Origin: Myxococcales bacterium | GTDB taxonomy: Bacteria; Myxococcota_A; Polyangia; Polyangiales; Polyangiaceae | NCBI GenBank assembly: GCA_043747615.1 | Contig: JAYTOU010000071.1 | Location: 1 to 21,179 of the forward strand | Length of the DNA stretch: 21,179 bases | Direction of reading: 5' to 3' | Shown: positions 17,362 to 21,179 of the stretch, piece by piece | How the letters are laid out: the number at the start of each line of letters is the position of its first letter | Position numbering within the stretch: the first letter of the stretch is position 1 | Program-made: the position numbers and the translations under genes | The notes under the pieces: generated by a model | Seen by the model: the letters and a program-made list of their open reading frames with translations, nothing else | The model's database searches: none | Told to the model about the DNA's origin: nothing

Positions 17362-19065
17362 TTACTCTACCGCGCGGAGCCAGTGCTCTAGCGACGCCAT
17401 GTCCCACACGGCGAGAGCAGCCGCGCAATCGATCGGAGCGGCCAGAAATCGACGAAGCGCGTCTCGCGCGGCGCCTCGAACGAGGTACGGCTCGGACCTC
17501 CAGGGACCATGCTCGATCGCGTTGGAGAGAAAGCGCGATTTGCGCGCCACGGCGGCGACGATCGCGCGGTCGAAGATCGTCACATGCGTTCGCTCGCGCA
17601 CGAGCTCGGGGAGCACATTGCCCAGCGCGTCGCGGAGCAGCACCTTCATGCGGCCGCTCGGGATTCGGTGCTCGTAGGTGGTCGCGAGAACGAGCTCAGC
17701 CAAGCGTCGATCGAGAAGGGGATAGCGCATTTGGAGCCCGTCGCGCGCTCCCGCTCGGTCTTCCGCTTCGAGGCTGGCGACCAGCGCCGGGCTCGTCAGC
17801 CAATCCCAGGTGAATCGCTGCGTTTGAGAAAGCCACGGGTGGTCGGTGAGAGCGCCGGTCGGCGGCTCGTCGAACGAAGTCGGCCGCGCCCGCAGCCAGG
17901 GCTGGCCCCGCTCGCTGCGGAGCCCGCGCAGTAAGCGCACTGCGTGGGTGAGTTTTTTAGGCAGCATGCGCGGGCGAAGAGCGTCGAGCAGGTAGTCTTC
18001 CCTCGAGCGTGTCGAGTACCGCCTAGCGAGGCCTGTCTCGCGCCAGAGGGTCATCCATCGTCGACCTGCTGCGAGGTCACGGTGAATGCCGCGTTCGAAG
18101 AGGAGCTCATCTCCGCCGAGACCGCTCAACACCACTCGGGCGCCCGTGCGCGCGGCGATGGCGCCGATTCCAGCGGTCATCGCGGCGAGCGTGTACCGGG
18201 CGGGGTGACTGAGGTCTATCGGGTCGTCGTCGTCCCCGGGGGAGGCATCGAACACCTCGATGGGCGAGCGTAAGCGCGCTCCAACCGCGGCGACGAAGGT
18301 GCTCTCGTCCGCGTGTGCGAAGTGCGCGGACACGAAATGCAGGGGCGGTCTCGCGTCAGCATCGACGGCATCGGCGACGCATGCGATCGACGACGAGTCG
18401 AGGCCGCCGCTCACGTGAACCAGGACGGGCGCTGCCGACTTCACGCGATCGGAGACTGCTACGTTGAAACGCGCGGAGAACTCCGCGAGACATGCCTCGC
18501 GCGTCTCCGTTCGGCAGCGGTCTGGCGGGAACCAATAACGCTCGACGGCCGTGGTCGTCCGATCCGCGCGCAAAACATGGCCCGGCGGGAGACGGCGAAC
18601 CTCTCGGAAAAACGTGGTCGCGCAGCTTCGCTCGAAGCCCCGGAGGAAATCGTGAACGGAGATGGGGTCGACCTCCCTCGGCTCGCCTTCGAGGGTGCCG
18701 AGCACACCCACGTCGTTCGCAAACGCCATTCCGTTCGTCGTGCGGCGGTAGGCGAGGGATCGCACGCCGAACGGATCGCGCGCGGCGCAGATCACGCCGT
18801 GCACGACGTCGACGACCACCACGGCGAAGTCGCCGACGAGATGCGCCGCGAAACCCGTGCCCCACCGCTCATACGCGCGTGCGACCAGCGCCACGCCACG
18901 CTCCGTAGCTTCCTCCAGACTGGACCTGAGCTCATCCTCGTTGTCGAGCCGAATGTCGCCTGCTACGCGTAGGTTCCCCCGACAAACCGGGTTGCTCCCC
19001 ATGTGGGCATCCGCCCCGAGGCTGTCCGGCCTGCGCCAGGTGATTGATGCGATGTACCCAGGCAT
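17362..19065 (-). CDS. Lasso peptide cyclase (C protein; asparagine synthetase-like)
   Basis: Motifs RLDNEDEL, AYERWG..LVGDFA, ARDPFGVRSLAY, ATP loop SGGLDSSSI, LSGLGGDEL and RYPLLDRRL. The N-terminus MPGY lacks the catalytic Cys1 of true AsnB. AGAGGA RBS. Adjacent to the precursor and B2 genes. Confidence 0.85.
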   Translation of the reverse strand: MPGYIASITWRRPDSLGADAHMGSNPVCRGNLRVAGDIRLDNEDELRSSLEEATERGVALVARAYERWGTGFAAHLVGDFAVVVVDVVHGVICAARDPFGVRSLAYRRTTNGMAFANDVGVLGTLEGEPREVDPISVHDFLRGFERSCATTFFREVRRLPPGHVLRADRTTTAVERYWFPPDRCRTETREACLAEFSARFNVAVSDRVKSAAPVLVHVSGGLDSSSIACVADAVDADARPPLHFVSAHFAHADESTFVAAVGARLRSPIEVFDASPGDDDDPIDLSHPARYTLAAMTAGIGAIAARTGARVVLSGLGGDELLFERGIHRDLAAGRRWMTLWRETGLARRYSTRSREDYLLDALRPRMLPKKLTHAVRLLRGLRSERGQPWLRARPTSFDEPPTGALTDHPWLSQTQRFTWDWLTSPALVASLEAEDRAGARDGLQMRYPLLDRRLAELVLATTYEHRIPSGRMKVLLRDALGNVLPELVRERTHVTIFDRAIVAAVARKSRFLSNAIEHGPWRSEPYLVRGAARDALRRFLAAPIDCAAALAVWDMASLEHWLRAVE

Positions 19066-19094
19066 GGTCCTCTTGGTACTGTTACGCTTTAGCT

Positions 19095-19295
19095 ATGTCG
19101 CCACCCCGAGATCCCAACCCCGCCGATGACGGCGGTCGGCACGGGGAGGAGGGTGCGGCAAAACGCGCAGAAAGCCCAGGACCGCGACGGCCTTATGCGC
19201 CACCGCGGCTCGAGCGTCTCGGAAACGTGCGCGACGTCCTAGGAAAGACAGGTCCGACGCGAGATGTGTCGCGGACGCACCCTCGGAGGCCATAG
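19095..19295 (+). CDS. Lasso peptide precursor (66 aa); predicted core GKTGPTRDVSRTHPRRP at 19242-19292
   Basis: Leader motif RPYAPPRLERLGNVRDVL matches YxxPxL...G.V. It is followed by Gly with Asp at position 8. ATG 19095 is preferred over the track start 19044, which overlaps the cyclase. Confidence 0.82.
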   Translation: MSPPRDPNPADDGGRHGEEGAAKRAESPGPRRPYAPPRLERLGNVRDVLGKTGPTRDVSRTHPRRP

Positions 19296-20765
19296 GTGCT
19301 GTCGCTCGAAGGGAGCGATTCGGCGCTCTCGGTCCGCGAGCTTCGTCTTCGCCTGCAGGCGCTACCAAAGGTCTGGGCCTGGGTGGACGCGCCGGAAACA
19401 GCTTGGGTCCGGCGCGATGACGCCGTGGGAATCGTCGCCGCCGCCGCCGGGGGCCTCCCGATCGTCGAAGAGGCGGGCTTCGCGGTGGTCGCTGCACCCG
19501 ACGATCCGCGACCGGCGATCGGTATGGTCCAAGACCTCTTCCGGCACGAGCGCTGCTGGCCACTCCTACGAGCTCCGTGGAGCGCAGCACTCGCCCTGCG
19601 GAGCCTTCGCGGCTGGAGACTCGTGGAGGCGGCATGCCGGCTTGGAGGGGACGTCGCGCACCTCGCCGACCAGCTCCGCCCGGCGCCGACAGTCGCAGAA
19701 GCCGAGGCGACGCAAGCTCAGTTTTACGGGTCACCCGAGCTACTTGCAGGATACATGCACTCGACGAGCGAGGGACTCTCCGACGTCGAGCAGCAGATCG
19801 TGTCGCGCTGGATGCGTCCGGGAGATCGCATTCTCGATGTTGGGTGCGGAACGGGGCGCGAGGCCCTCGGCTTCGCTCGCCGCGGCATGCGTGTGCTCGC
19901 CCTCGACGCGTGTGCGGCGGCCACGAAGGAGGCGCGGCGTTTTGCCTGCGAGCTCCCTGCAGATGCGGGCGAGGTGTCGTTCGAGACGGTGTCGCTCACG
20001 GAGTTGAGCGTCCCCGCAGGCAGCTTCGACGTCGTGTTTCTCGCGTCCGACGTGTACGCGAGCATTCCTGGTCGCGCGAACCGGGTAGCGGCCCTCGAGC
20101 GCGCACGCGCGGCGGTGCGTCCCGGAGGCATCATCGTGGTCGCGGCGGACGTGGGCGGTCGGCGACTGGGGCGCGTCCTCATCGACGCCCCCCGCAAAAT
20201 GCTCCGCGCGTGCGGCGTGGACGGCCCCGAAGCGGGCGACCGCTGGATCGGCCGGGGGCCGCCGCCGACGCTTCTGTTCCGTCACGGGTTCGCGCATGAG
20301 TCCGAGGTTATCGACGAGCTCGACGCCGCGGGGCTCGTGTACACCGCGCGCATCTCGTCGTACGTCGCTGCGATCCGGGCAGACGCGCGGGCCTCGTCGT
20401 CGGCGGCATCGCGCAGCTCGTCACTCGTGACCGAGATCGTGGGCGTCCTCGCTGCGCTTCCGCGGATCGAGCGGGCGCGCCGCTCCCTTGGCCCGGGGCC
20501 GTTGGTGGCGCTCATGCGGCGTCAAGCAGTGGGCACCGAGCGACGCGATCCGGCGAGCCGTGCGCGTCTCCGGAAGGCGATCGCGATCTGCGATCGGCTC
20601 GTACCGTTTGGTGGCGGCTGCTACCGACGCTCGCTGCTCGAAATGGCGCTCGATGCAGGGGCGTCGGAAGAGCCTCTTTTTCTCGGGCTGCGACGGCAGG
20701 ACGGGCATGCCTGGCTTCAAAGCTCGGCGCCGTCCGAGGGCTTCGACGTCACCTTCGACGTGTGA
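19296..20765 (+). CDS. Fusion protein: unknown N-domain + class I SAM methyltransferase + lasso B2 leader peptidase (transglutaminase-like)
   Basis: Methyltransferase motifs ILDVGCGTGRE (from aa 179), SFDVVF and VRPGG. After a Ser/Ala linker come CYRRSLL (C442), GHAWL (H471) and D484. GTG abuts the precursor stop, with GGAGG just upstream. Confidence 0.8.
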   Translation: MLSLEGSDSALSVRELRLRLQALPKVWAWVDAPETAWVRRDDAVGIVAAAAGGLPIVEEAGFAVVAAPDDPRPAIGMVQDLFRHERCWPLLRAPWSAALALRSLRGWRLVEAACRLGGDVAHLADQLRPAPTVAEAEATQAQFYGSPELLAGYMHSTSEGLSDVEQQIVSRWMRPGDRILDVGCGTGREALGFARRGMRVLALDACAAATKEARRFACELPADAGEVSFETVSLTELSVPAGSFDVVFLASDVYASIPGRANRVAALERARAAVRPGGIIVVAADVGGRRLGRVLIDAPRKMLRACGVDGPEAGDRWIGRGPPPTLLFRHGFAHESEVIDELDAAGLVYTARISSYVAAIRADARASSSAASRSSSLVTEIVGVLAALPRIERARRSLGPGPLVALMRRQAVGTERRDPASRARLRKAIAICDRLVPFGGGCYRRSLLEMALDAGASEEPLFLGLRRQDGHAWLQSSAPSEGFDVTFDV

Positions 20766-21179
20766 CGCGCGCCCCACCAGCGACCCACGCCGTCAAGACG
20801 CGCCCGAGCGCTGCCCGACCTTCCGGCACCTGCGCACGACGAACCAGGCCTTGTGCGGCGAGAGCTCGGCACATGTCCAGCGCGCGCCGCCATACGCGAC
20901 GATCGGGAAGCTCGACGAAAGCGTTTTCGAGGAGCGCCGCGATGGCTGGCGCGCCCCGGAGCTCGTCGATGCGCAGCGCGGATCCCGATGCGCCTCGCTC
21001 GACGATGAGGATCGCTCCCACCAGGCTCGCCGGCGCACGCGAGGCCGCACCGAGTGGGCTTGCGTAAATGATCCGCGCGCGCCGCCGCGACCACGTTGCG
21101 ATCGCTGCTTCCCCTCCCAGGAAGGCGCGCCGCGCATCGGCCATCACCAGGAGATCGCGCGAAATCGTCGGCGCGCCCG
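20749..21179 (-). CDS. Partial (3' part) HPr-kinase-like protein, candidate lasso-tailoring kinase
   Basis: The frame is open to the window edge: GAPTISRDLLVMAD...AILIVERG..IDELRGAPAIAALLENAF..RALDMCRALA..VRRAQVPEG. This resembles C-termini of RiPP-associated HprK-like proteins. The Walker A region lies outside the window. Confidence 0.55.
   Translation of the reverse strand, partial: GAPTISRDLLVMADARRAFLGGEAAIATWSRRRARIIYASPLGAASRAPASLVGAILIVERGASGSALRIDELRGAPAIAALLENAFVELPDRRVWRRALDMCRALAAQGLVRRAQVPEGRAALGRVLTAWVAGGARVTRRR

Noticed and set aside
17362..19065. Housekeeping asparagine synthetase asnB
   Set aside because: It lacks the catalytic N-terminal Cys, and its context (precursor plus B2 domain) indicates a lasso cyclase.
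19044..19094. Longer 83-aa version of the precursor in the ORF track
   Set aside because: It overlaps the divergent cyclase start and its RBS. ATG 19095 is more plausible.
1..21179. CRISPR arrays, tRNA/rRNA, IS elements, integrases or defence genes
   Set aside because: No regularly spaced DNA repeats, RNA-gene signatures or transposase/integrase motifs were seen by eye. The SBBP repeats are protein-level only.

Overview
High-GC window whose gene content resembles a myxobacterium (Polyangiaceae/Labilithrix-like; inference only). Left to right: a partial lipoprotein gene, two tandem FadL/OmpP1-type outer-membrane barrels plus a beta-propeller lipoprotein, a PrsW-type protease, an M66-like metzincin lipoprotein, two small envelope proteins, a TetR regulator behind an AT-rich palindromic promoter, an acyl-CoA dehydrogenase, ccmC-ccmD plus a 42-aa membrane peptide, two convergent GT-C glycosyltransferases, a small HExxH protein and an SBBP-repeat lipoprotein. 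The main finding is at 17362-21179, an atypical lasso-peptide (RiPP) gene cluster. It has a Cys1-less asparagine-synthetase-like cyclase divergent from a 66-aa YxxPxL precursor. The predicted core is the cationic GKTGPTRDVSRTHPRRP, with a G1-D8 ring and no Thr at -2. The precursor is followed by one protein fusing an unknown N-domain, a SAM methyltransferase and a Cys-His-Asp B2 leader peptidase, and then a convergent, partial HPr-kinase-like gene. No RRE or exporter is visible, and the cluster runs off the right edge. All assignments come from motif recognition by eye; no searches were run.
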